A DNA stretch of 64,000 nucleotides from Planctomycetota bacterium (GCA_027618475.1 JAQCEJ010000006.1:11353-75352); one strand, 5' to 3'; positions 7,927 through 16,281 are shown, numbered from the stretch's first letter. The notes: generated from the sequence alone by a model not told the origin. Program-made: numbers and translations.

Positions 7927-9643
7927 ATCGCTTCGTTGGCGATTGCAAATCTGGCACGCCGTTATTCTGGCGGTCGTGCTGACGCTATTCGGTGGATACA
8001 GTTACGCCCTGCAATGGCAGTCTCGATTGCAACAGGTCGACGCCGAACTCGACCGGACAGCGGGCATCGTGATCTCCCGCCTCCGCTGGGGATACCGCCG
8101 CGTCAACGACAACAATAACCGGCCCGACGGCAATCGAAACCGTCGCCGTCCCCCCGAACTTCCGGGTGCCGCCTCCGACGAACGGCTCGAAGAATCGGTC
8201 CCCGTCGGCACGGCGTTGACTACCGTTGCGATGGCCTCCGTTGCTGATGACCGTTCGACAAATTCCACCGGCGAAAGTTCCGAAACCGAGCGTCCGCCGG
8301 GCGATCGTTCATCAAGCGGCGAAGCGAAGTCGAACGAAACCTCTGCAAATAATGACGAGTCGCGCGACAATCGTCGTCGCGGTTCGGGGCGCAGCGGGCG
8401 GTTCGGACGCAACCTGAGAATGGAATGGCGCGGGATTTCGTTTCCGGACGACATGTTGAATCCTCCCGATCAGGAAATGACCTCCCCCATCTATTTCGCC
8501 ATCTGGAATTCATCGGGAGAATTACTGCAACGCTCGCAGGCCGCTCCCGAGTTGGCGTACCCGCGTCCCGAACTTACCGAATCGGAACGCGACCAGCGGT
8601 CGGCGATCATCATGCGCTCGGCTCGATTGCTCGACGGCCGGCGCGAAGTCGTGCAGACGATCGGCTGGGGAGAGTTCTATCATACGATTGTGGTCGGCCG
8701 TTCGCTCGCCGATGAAGTCGTCTCGCAACATCGCTTTCTCTTGTTGATCGTCGCTGCCGGATTGGCGATTCTCGTCGTCGGCATGCTCGGCGGAGGCTGG
8801 CTGACATCGCGCGCCATTCAACCGTTGACCAACATGTCGCAAACCGCCGCATCGATCTCGGCGACGAATCTCGATGCCCGCATCGACGTTCTCGACACCG
8901 ATACCGAACTGGGGCAGCTGGCGACGGTACTCAATCAGACGTTCGACCGATTACAAGCGGCGTTCGAACAGCAGGTCCGTTTTACGGCGGATGCCTCTCA
9001 CGAACTGCGCACGCCGGTCTCGATCTTGTTGGCACAGACTCAGATGGCGCTCTCGAAATCGCGCAGCGATGAAGATTATCGCGAGGCGCTCGACTCGTGT
9101 CGGCGAGCCGCGCTGCGCATGAAATCGCTCACCGAAAGTCTGTTGTCGCTGGCACGATTCGATTCGGTCGACGCCGCCGAGAAATCGGCGGTCGACGTGC
9201 ATCGGCTGATCGACGACGCCGTCGAACTGTTGAAGCCGATTGCGCACGAGCACGACGTGACTGTCACGACGAACGGCATGCCATGCGAGGTGTCGGGAGA
9301 CGCCGAACAACTCTCGCAATTGCTGATGAATCTGATTTCGAACGCGATTCGATACAATCGTCCGCACGGCCGAGTTAAAGTCGACCTGACGCGCGAAGAC
9401 GAAACCGCCGTCATTACGATCAACGACACCGGCCTGGGAATTTCTTCAGACGATCTGCCGCATGTGTTCGAGCGATTCTATCGCATCGACAAAGCCCGCA
9501 CGCGCGCCGCCGGCGGCAGCGGCCTGGGCCTGTCGATCGCCAAAGCGATCGTCCAGTCGCACGGCGGAGAGATCACCGTCGACAGCGAACCCGACGTCGG
9601 CACCACAGTCACAGTCAAGCTGCCGTGCGGTGAAACAGCGTGA
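7916..9643 (+). CDS. Sensor histidine kinase (two TM segments, HAMP, HisKA, HATPase_c), CusS/heavy-metal-sensor-like layout
   Basis: H-box FTADASHELRTP, N-box LISNAIRYN, G-boxes NDTGLGI and GGSGLGLSI. It overlaps the response-regulator stop by 11 nt. The periplasmic segment contains a long Arg/Ser/Asp/Asn-rich low-complexity insert. Confidence 0.9.
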   Translation: MMIKSLRWRLQIWHAVILAVVLTLFGGYSYALQWQSRLQQVDAELDRTAGIVISRLRWGYRRVNDNNNRPDGNRNRRRPPELPGAASDERLEESVPVGTALTTVAMASVADDRSTNSTGESSETERPPGDRSSSGEAKSNETSANNDESRDNRRRGSGRSGRFGRNLRMEWRGISFPDDMLNPPDQEMTSPIYFAIWNSSGELLQRSQAAPELAYPRPELTESERDQRSAIIMRSARLLDGRREVVQTIGWGEFYHTIVVGRSLADEVVSQHRFLLLIVAAGLAILVVGMLGGGWLTSRAIQPLTNMSQTAASISATNLDARIDVLDTDTELGQLATVLNQTFDRLQAAFEQQVRFTADASHELRTPVSILLAQTQMALSKSRSDEDYREALDSCRRAALRMKSLTESLLSLARFDSVDAAEKSAVDVHRLIDDAVELLKPIAHEHDVTVTTNGMPCEVSGDAEQLSQLLMNLISNAIRYNRPHGRVKVDLTREDETAVITINDTGLGISSDDLPHVFERFYRIDKARTRAAGGSGLGLSIAKAIVQSHGGEITVDSEPDVGTTVTVKLPCGETA

Positions 9644-9753
9644 TAAGGTGATAGCCTTGTAAGTCGGTTCCCTCGGTTGACATCATGCAGCAATGCTCCC
9701 CAACTCATTGGTGCCACGGCGTGTGGATGCCTTTGGCACAAGAAGCGGGGTAG

Positions 9754-9776
9754 CACCGGTTGCTTGTCAACTGGTG
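9754..9776. repeat. Hairpin of the CAC-N6-CTTGT-N6'-GTG family (possible degenerate relative of the 3.4/43.7 kb element)
   Basis: caccggttg-cttgt-caactggtg forms a 9-bp stem with one G:T pair. The loop and closing bases are the same as in the hairpins at 3372-3394 and 43699-43721. Confidence 0.5.
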
Positions 9777-9902
9777 TCGCGCAGCGAATAGAGGTGTCTT
9801 TCGTTTGCCGTTGAATGGCCTCTTGCCGTTTCACGGCACCGGTTGCGAGCAACCGGAGCGACCCGGTAGGTGATTGCTTCGGGACAACCCCATCGCGTTT
9901 CC

Positions 9903-9977
9903 TTCGGACATTCGGTCATTCGGAATTGATTCGTCATTCGGATTTCGACATTCGGATTTCGACATTCGACATTCCGG
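9903..9977. repeat. Short tandem repeat built on CATTCGG, including 2 x cattcggatttcga
   Basis: cattcgg occurs at 9909, 9917, 9935 and 9949. The variants cattcga and cattccgg occur at 9963 and 9970. The 14-nt unit cattcggatttcga is repeated head-to-tail at 9935-9962. Confidence 0.85.
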
Positions 9978-9988
9978 TGAAAGGGACC

Positions 9989-10074
9989 CTCATCCGGCCT
10001 GCGGCCACCTTCTCCCAGGGGGAGAAGGAAATTTCGAAAGGCGCAAACACGATTGGGTTGCGCGCAACGTTTTT
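9989..10074 (+). repeat. Two-hairpin + T-run element, copy 1 (copy 2 at 26374..26481)
   Basis: ctcatccggcctgcggccaccttctcccagggggagaaggaaatttcgaaaggcgcaaac... aligns with 26374 onward. It holds the hairpin ccttctccc-agg-gggagaagg (10008-10028), a GC-rich palindrome gttgcgcgcaac (10057-10068), and then TTTTT. Confidence 0.7.
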
Positions 10075-10612
10075 CAAACCATTTTATGTTGGCGTGATCG
10101 TTGAAAATGCATCGATGTTTATGAATATGCAAAACCGTGTCGAAAGCGCGCATTTTTGGCGAAAAACGTGCGCGAAAGGGGCGCGAGAGGCTCGTGAGAC
10201 GAAATTTCGATCGCATTTATGCCCCTTTTTGCAATCTGAAACAACGATGAATGAGAGCGCAACGGCGAGGGGTAAAGGACTGAATATTCCCGGTTTTTCA
10301 GGGCTTGGCGCAACTGCATCAGGGATGGTGCAGGGGGGAATGAACCTTGACTCTGAGAAATCGAAAGGCCGGGCAATGAATGATTCATGCCGAGTGAAAA
10401 ACTCGACGATCTGCGTAACGGTTTCGGTGTTCGCGCTCACCCTTCACCCGGCGACTGCGCCGCCATGCTCTTCCGGGGGAAGATGGTTTTGATGAAACGG
10501 CGTCGCTTTGCGGTTGAACTTTTGAGCGGGCATTTGCTCGCCGATTCTTCGTTCACATTCTCCGCGCCACTCATGCAGGGGGCGTTGTCGAGATTCGCGG
10601 AACACCGCGGTG

Positions 10613-11602
10613 CTATTTTTCGTTGCGAGCTGTCGCGAAAACCTCGTCGAGGGCGGCGGCGAGATCCAGTCGGCGGAAGGTCAATCCCGTCTCATCGTCT
10701 TTGACTTCAACGCCCGTTCGCTGCAGAATCGTCATCATCGCCTCGGGAAGATTTTCGCCCTCCTGTTTCCAGTCGTACTCCGCTTTTTCAATCGCTTCGC
10801 GGAGAATCATGACCGAACCGCAGAGAATCGCATTCGATGACGACGTAGCTGCGGCGGGGACGACAAGATCGACCTTGGGATGCCGGTCGAGGTAGACTTC
10901 GTCCTTTCCGACTCTCACCGCACCGATCGCGAAGCAGTTCGGCTGCGATGCGGGCCACGAAATCCCCTTCAGATAGTTGTGATTGCCAGCGGGGGCGCTC
11001 ACCCACACGCCGAGTTTTCGCAGTTCGGCGAGCTTTTCGTCGATGTCGGTTGGGACCGGTTCGGCATGTTCCAGATCGTCGACCGGGGCGAGATTGACGG
11101 TCGTAATGTTGTATTTCTCGGAGTTGTCGATCACCCATTGCAATCCGGCGGCGAGCGAGACGTGGTCTTTGACGTTGCAGTGACAACATTCGAGGCCGCG
11201 GATAACGGCGACCTGGTTATTGTAGGCGACTCCCCATTTGCCGTCGTAGTTGAGCGATGAGGGGACACCGATGGTCGACCCGTGATAGCCGCGTCCCTCG
11301 TGCTTAGGGTCGTTGTCGCCGTCGACGCTGTCGTAAGTGACGCGAACTTTCTTCACGCCGTTAACCGGCGTCGACCATTCGGGCATCGAGAGATCACAAC
11401 CGTCATCGAGCAACGCGAGCGTCTGCCCTTTGCCGAAGGTGAGTATCTCGGCATACGTCATCCAGGCCTCTGTGATGCGGGCATGATCAAACTCGATTTT
11501 TTCGACTGGTTCACCGGCGTTCGCAAGACAGATTCCGCCGGCGACCAGAGCCATGAAAACCCGCCAGGTTGTTGTCGAAGCTCGTTCTGGTTTTTGATTC
11601 AT
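10613..11602 (-). CDS. Secreted subtilisin-like (S8 family) serine peptidase, tentative
   Basis: Signal-peptide-like N-terminus when started at 11602 (an alternative upstream start is at 11665). Candidate catalytic triad contexts are LALLDDG (Asp), GYHGSTIG (His), APAGNHN (oxyanion Asn) and AAATSSS (Ser). The Ser motif is atypical. Confidence 0.6.
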   Translation of the reverse strand: MNQKPERASTTTWRVFMALVAGGICLANAGEPVEKIEFDHARITEAWMTYAEILTFGKGQTLALLDDGCDLSMPEWSTPVNGVKKVRVTYDSVDGDNDPKHEGRGYHGSTIGVPSSLNYDGKWGVAYNNQVAVIRGLECCHCNVKDHVSLAAGLQWVIDNSEKYNITTVNLAPVDDLEHAEPVPTDIDEKLAELRKLGVWVSAPAGNHNYLKGISWPASQPNCFAIGAVRVGKDEVYLDRHPKVDLVVPAAATSSSNAILCGSVMILREAIEKAEYDWKQEGENLPEAMMTILQRTGVEVKDDETGLTFRRLDLAAALDEVFATARNEK

Positions 11603-11815
11603 AACGCGAGAATTCCTGAAAAGGGGATGCCGATCTTTAGCGTATCTTGCAGCCCGCCGGTGCAATTTTCAAGCAGATTCTGAAAACAGACATTGCTATC
11701 AAGACGGAAATAATTGCAGCAAATTTCATTCGGCGCTCGAAATTACGGTTGAATGTCGTAGAATCTACGTTGTGCGGATCCTTTAGCAACTCGATCTAGC
11801 GATAGCGAGACAGCC

Positions 11816-12727
11816 ATGACAACGATCTTGATAGTCGACGATTCGGCAGCCGATCGCGCACTGGCGAGTGGTTTGTTGCAAAAACGGAGCGGCAATAAGG
11901 TCTTGTTCGCCACGAACGGCATCGAAGCCCTCTCGCAGATCGAGATGCACATTCCCGATCTGGTCGTCACCGATTTGCAGATGCCTGATATGAACGGGCT
12001 GGAACTGGTCGACGCGATCAAGGCGAATTATCCGCTGATCCCCGTCATTTTGATGACGTCTCAGGGGAGTGAAGAGATCGCCGTAAAGGCCTTGCGATCC
12101 GGGGCGGCGAGTTACGTTCCGAAGAAATCGCTGGCTCGAGAATTGTCCGAAACGGTTGAAATGGTTGCCGCTTCGCTGCGCGAGGACCGTGCCCATTCGC
12201 GATTGATGTTTCATCGAATGACGAAAAGCGACTCGACATTCGAGTTGCCGAATGATCTGTCGCTGATTCCCCCCTTAGTCAGTCATTTGCGGCAGATGAC
12301 ACGGTACATGGGCGTCTGCAACGATTCGGATCGGCTGCGCGTGGGTGTAGCGATCGAAGAAGCGCTGGTGAATGCGTATTATCACGGCAATCTCGAAGTC
12401 AGTTCGGTGCTCCGCGAGCAGAATCATAATCAATATCACGATTTAGCGCGAAGTCGGATGGAGCAGTCGCCGTATCGCGACCGCAAAATTCACGTCGAGT
12501 CGCGGTTGACGCGCGAGCATGCGACGTTCGTGATTCGTGACGAAGGTCCGGGATTCAATCCGGAACTGGTTCCTGACCCGACCGATCAGAAGAATCTCGA
12601 CCGCCCCTGGGGACGCGGATTATTGCTCATCAGAACATTTATGGATGATCTGCATTTCAACAGTTCAGGTAACGAGGTCACGATGATCAAGCAGCGCAGT
12701 GAGTCCATTAACGACGAAGAGGCATGA
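11816..12727 (+). CDS. Response-regulator receiver domain fused to an RsbW/SpoIIAB-like HATPase (anti-sigma-factor-type Ser kinase)
   Basis: N-terminal REC text (ILIVDDS..DLVVTDLQMPDMNG..SYVPKK). The C-terminal half has EEALVNAYYHGN and VIRDEGPGFNP..GRGLLLI, which are typical of HATPase_c_2 anti-sigma kinases. Confidence 0.8.
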   Translation: MTTILIVDDSAADRALASGLLQKRSGNKVLFATNGIEALSQIEMHIPDLVVTDLQMPDMNGLELVDAIKANYPLIPVILMTSQGSEEIAVKALRSGAASYVPKKSLARELSETVEMVAASLREDRAHSRLMFHRMTKSDSTFELPNDLSLIPPLVSHLRQMTRYMGVCNDSDRLRVGVAIEEALVNAYYHGNLEVSSVLREQNHNQYHDLARSRMEQSPYRDRKIHVESRLTREHATFVIRDEGPGFNPELVPDPTDQKNLDRPWGRGLLLIRTFMDDLHFNSSGNEVTMIKQRSESINDEEA

Positions 12728-12759
12728 GGCCGTCCAATCTAACAGCGGGGGGCTAAACC

Positions 12760-13131
12760 ATGGATCAGCAGACTTTTTTTGATGACGAGACGCTACAAAA
12801 TATTGCTGTCGTTTCGTTGAAGAGCCACCTTTCGAACTACCAGGGGGATGAATTCCTTTCCGCCATCAAGGCCTTGGGCGAAGAGTACGAGCGTTCTGGG
12901 ATCACCGCCGTACTTGTCGATTTTTCGCGAGTGAAATACTTTGGTTCATCGGTTCTGGAAGGGCTGCGGCTTCTCTGGAAGGAATTGGGAGCCGGGGAGA
13001 GACAGGTTTCGCTGTGCGGACTGAACGATGTCTGCCATCAGATTATACATTTATCGCATTTCGACCACGTCTGGTCCGTCTATCCGGACCGACAGTCGGC
13101 GTTGAGTGCACTGGCACCCGATCAACCATAG
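12760..13131 (+). CDS. STAS-domain protein (anti-sigma-factor antagonist, RsbV/SpoIIAA-like)
   Basis: 123-aa ORF lying 33 nt after the RsbW-like gene. Its text (VLVDFSRVKYFGSSVLEGLRLL) fits the STAS fold, with the conserved phosphorylatable Ser context. Confidence 0.75.
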   Translation: MDQQTFFDDETLQNIAVVSLKSHLSNYQGDEFLSAIKALGEEYERSGITAVLVDFSRVKYFGSSVLEGLRLLWKELGAGERQVSLCGLNDVCHQIIHLSHFDHVWSVYPDRQSALSALAPDQP

Positions 13132-13332
13132 CTCCGCTCGAAATCTGAAATGACGTGGATATCCTCCGAAGAGCTTCATCTTCGCGTACACTATGGTATA
13201 CTGGCGTGACTGAAGCTTCGTCGGCTTCGTTGGTGTGACATGCTGAGCACGACGACCACTGATGTCACAGCTGCCTGCTCATCATCAAATTGTGCGAATT
13301 CGTGTTAGGTTGTAATCGGTCTGGGTCAATCG

Positions 13333-16281
13333 ATGTCGCTTTCGTTCGATCAATATCGAGACGCCATCATCGCCAGCCATGTGCTGTCGGAAGAGGATCT
13401 CCGCGTGAGTCTTTCCGCGATTTCCGACGAACGCCCCCCGCCGGACGCTAAAAAACTTGGCAAATATCTGGTGCGTCAGAAACTCCTGACGCAATACCAG
13501 GCACAGGAGATATATAGCGGTCGCGGCGAATTGCTTGTTATGGGGAACTATGTCGTCATCGACACGTTGGGACAGGGGGGGATGGGAACCGTCCTCAAAG
13601 CACAACATCGTCATATGAAGCGATTTGTGGCGATCAAAGTCATTTCTTCGGAGTCGTTGAAAGACCCTAACGCCGTGCGGCGATTTCATCGCGAAGTCGA
13701 AGCCGCGGCCCGGTTGTCTCATCCTAACATTGTCGCTGCGTTCGATGCCGATGAAGCTCACGGCGTGCACTATCTTGTCATGGAGTATGTCGACGGCAAC
13801 GATCTGTCGCAGATGGTGAAGAAGAATGGCCCGTCGCCGATCGATTCGGCAGTATTTTGCGTTCTGCAGGCCGCATTGGGTCTGCAATACGCGCATTCAC
13901 AGGGAGTGATCCATCGCGATATCAAACCTTCCAACCTGCTGCTCGACCATAAGGGAACGGTGAAGATTCTCGACATGGGACTGGCACGCATCGAAGAATC
14001 TCGCGACGATTCCGCCATGGCAGAGCTGACGGCGACGGGAGCCGTCATGGGGACGGTCGATTATATGTCGCCCGAACAAGCGGCCAATACGAAGAATGCA
14101 AATGCCCAGAGTGACATTTACAGCTTGGGTTGCACATTGCATTACCTGATCACGGGGAGGTCGGTCTATGGGGGGACGACACTGATGGAGCGTTTGCTTG
14201 CCCATCGCGAGCAACCGATTCCTTCACTCCGCAATGCAGTTGTAGACGTACCCGATGCGGTCGATCAGGTCTTTCGTAAGATGGTTGCCAAGCTGCCTCG
14301 AGATCGCTATCCATCGATGACCGAAGTCATCATCGATCTGGAAAAATGTCAGCGGGGTGAAGCCGTTACTGCTTCGGCTTCGCATTTTGACGATAGCCTG
14401 CTCAATCATTTTTTGCAGGATCTCGGCGACTCTTCGTCGCAGGAGAAGAGCGTTCCGACTCAGCGGAATGTTGCCGCGGCGACAAAGGAACAAAAGGTCT
14501 TAGTTGCCTCTCGTCCAAAATCCATCCTCGCCGCGGGAAGTGCCGATCATGATACCGATGCCAACTCGCTTAATGCCTCGGCAACGCTCGCCGGTCGATT
14601 GAGGCCGTCAACTTTGTTGTCGACATCATGGTGGGCGACACATAAAGGCATGAGCATAATCGGAATAGCCATCGGTGCGATCATTCTCTTGGTGATCGCC
14701 TCTGTGCAGTTTTTTCCGAATCGGTCGTCACCTCAGCAAGCGAGTGAAGAAAAGACATCCGTCAATGAGACCGCGACTTTGAGTTCCCAGATGCCGGTTT
14801 GGGACGATATGCCGAAAGGTTCACCTCCCCCGGCTGTTGCACCGTTCAATGCCCGGCAGGCAGCAAGCCTGAAGAAAGAATGGGCCTCGTATTTGGACGT
14901 GCCGATCGAATTCGTGAATGATGTCGGCATCAAGTTTTCGCTGATCCCTCCCGGTGAATTCATGATGGGAAGCAGTGATAATCACGTTGCTGAAATGATG
15001 GCGTTAGCGAAAAAGGAGGGTGAGGGTTGGGAATCGCAATATATCATCGCGGAAATCCCACAACATCGAGTCCGCATCACGAAGCCGTTCTACTTGGGCA
15101 TGTATGAGATCACACACAGCGAATTCGGAAAGTTTGTCAAAGAGCAATCCAACCCGGAGTCGTATAGAGTCGACCTGAAAAGGCCGGCGTATCCAATCGG
15201 CGATGTGACACTCAAGGAGATCGAACAGTTCTGTTTCTGGCTCGAGAAGCGAGATGGTTATCGCTACCGTTTGCCGACTGAAGCCGAATGGGAATATGCA
15301 TGCCGGGCCGGTACGACAACGGTCTTCTCATTTGGCGATACATTGGCATCGACTCAGGCCAATTTTAACGGAAGGTATCCTTTCGGACACGATGTGGTTG
15401 GACCTGAACACCGCAAGTTGACGACGGTAGGAACATTCAAACCGAATGCTTTCGGACTGTTTGATATGCATGGGAATCTATGGGAAGCCTGTTCGGATTT
15501 GTTCGATTTCAGTTATTACCGTGTCTCTCCAACGGATAATCCGACCGGGCCAAATTACGGAAATTCGTATGCGGTCAGGGGGGGTGAGTACGAAAGAGGC
15601 AGAGGACTGTCGTTGAGATCCAGTATGCGCTACACGCGTCGTTTGCCCGATTCGCATGTTGGTTTTCGACTGATTCGCGAGATGGAAAAACCGAATACTC
15701 CTCGAACAAGAAACCGAATTCCACTCAACGCCGTGAACTCTCGAGAGCCGTTCAATCGTAAAGATCTCGAAGGCTGGACCATCTTCGGATACCCTGGTTG
15801 GCGCGTGGAAGATCAGAACCTTGTCAGTGAATCGCCCCCCGGTCGGCATCCTGGCTGGCTGATGTCGAATGTGGAGTTCGAGGACTTCGAATTCACATTC
15901 GAATATACGATCAAAGCCGGTGGAAACAGCGGCGTATTCGTTCGTGCCTGGCCCGAGGGGGATGTCTCGGGTAAGGATTTCATCGAGATTCAATTGCTCG
16001 ACGACAATCATTCGAAGTTCGCTTCACTTCCTCCCGAAAAGAAGAACGGAGCGATCTACGGTCGCACGGCTCCGATTGCCAGTATCGAGGCTCCCGCTGA
16101 TCAGAGACATAAAATGCTGATCAGAGTTGCCGGTAAGACGGTTCATGTCGAATTGAATGGCAAAACGATCATCGAACAAACCGTCGAGGAACTCCGTCCC
16201 CAAGGACATATCGGCTTACAGATATGTCCCGAAGGGATCGAATTCCGTTCGCTCAGAATTCGAGAGTTTTACGAGCCGTGA
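13333..16281 (+). CDS. Ser/Thr protein kinase - TM - FGE-sulfatase (SUMF1-like) domain - DUF1080 domain fusion
   Basis: Kinase motifs GQGGMGTV, VAIK, HRDIKPSN, DMGLA and SPEQ, with a TM segment near aa 445-465. The FGE-type motifs RLPTEAEWEYACRAGT and HGNLWE follow. The C-terminal GNSGVFVR..IEIQLLDD is typical of DUF1080 (3-keto-disaccharide hydrolase-like). Confidence 0.9.
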   Translation: MSLSFDQYRDAIIASHVLSEEDLRVSLSAISDERPPPDAKKLGKYLVRQKLLTQYQAQEIYSGRGELLVMGNYVVIDTLGQGGMGTVLKAQHRHMKRFVAIKVISSESLKDPNAVRRFHREVEAAARLSHPNIVAAFDADEAHGVHYLVMEYVDGNDLSQMVKKNGPSPIDSAVFCVLQAALGLQYAHSQGVIHRDIKPSNLLLDHKGTVKILDMGLARIEESRDDSAMAELTATGAVMGTVDYMSPEQAANTKNANAQSDIYSLGCTLHYLITGRSVYGGTTLMERLLAHREQPIPSLRNAVVDVPDAVDQVFRKMVAKLPRDRYPSMTEVIIDLEKCQRGEAVTASASHFDDSLLNHFLQDLGDSSSQEKSVPTQRNVAAATKEQKVLVASRPKSILAAGSADHDTDANSLNASATLAGRLRPSTLLSTSWWATHKGMSIIGIAIGAIILLVIASVQFFPNRSSPQQASEEKTSVNETATLSSQMPVWDDMPKGSPPPAVAPFNARQAASLKKEWASYLDVPIEFVNDVGIKFSLIPPGEFMMGSSDNHVAEMMALAKKEGEGWESQYIIAEIPQHRVRITKPFYLGMYEITHSEFGKFVKEQSNPESYRVDLKRPAYPIGDVTLKEIEQFCFWLEKRDGYRYRLPTEAEWEYACRAGTTTVFSFGDTLASTQANFNGRYPFGHDVVGPEHRKLTTVGTFKPNAFGLFDMHGNLWEACSDLFDFSYYRVSPTDNPTGPNYGNSYAVRGGEYERGRGLSLRSSMRYTRRLPDSHVGFRLIREMEKPNTPRTRNRIPLNAVNSREPFNRKDLEGWTIFGYPGWRVEDQNLVSESPPGRHPGWLMSNVEFEDFEFTFEYTIKAGGNSGVFVRAWPEGDVSGKDFIEIQLLDDNHSKFASLPPEKKNGAIYGRTAPIASIEAPADQRHKMLIRVAGKTVHVELNGKTIIEQTVEELRPQGHIGLQICPEGIEFRSLRIREFYEP

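Noticed and set aside
10362-10374. cgaaaggccgggc resembles the conserved GGAAAGTCCGGGC core of RNase P RNA.
   Set aside because: The match is only partial (GGCC instead of GTCC). None of the other universally conserved RNase P helices or the ACAGAA-type motifs could be found nearby.
9767-10492. ORFs 9815..10492 (+, 225 aa) and 9767..10216 (-, 149 aa) as possible genes filling the 1-kb gap.
   Set aside because: Their translations are dominated by repeat-derived text (FDIRISTFDI, NVECRNPNVEIRM) with Arg/Cys/Ser-rich composition. No motif is present, and each overlaps the other and the repeats.
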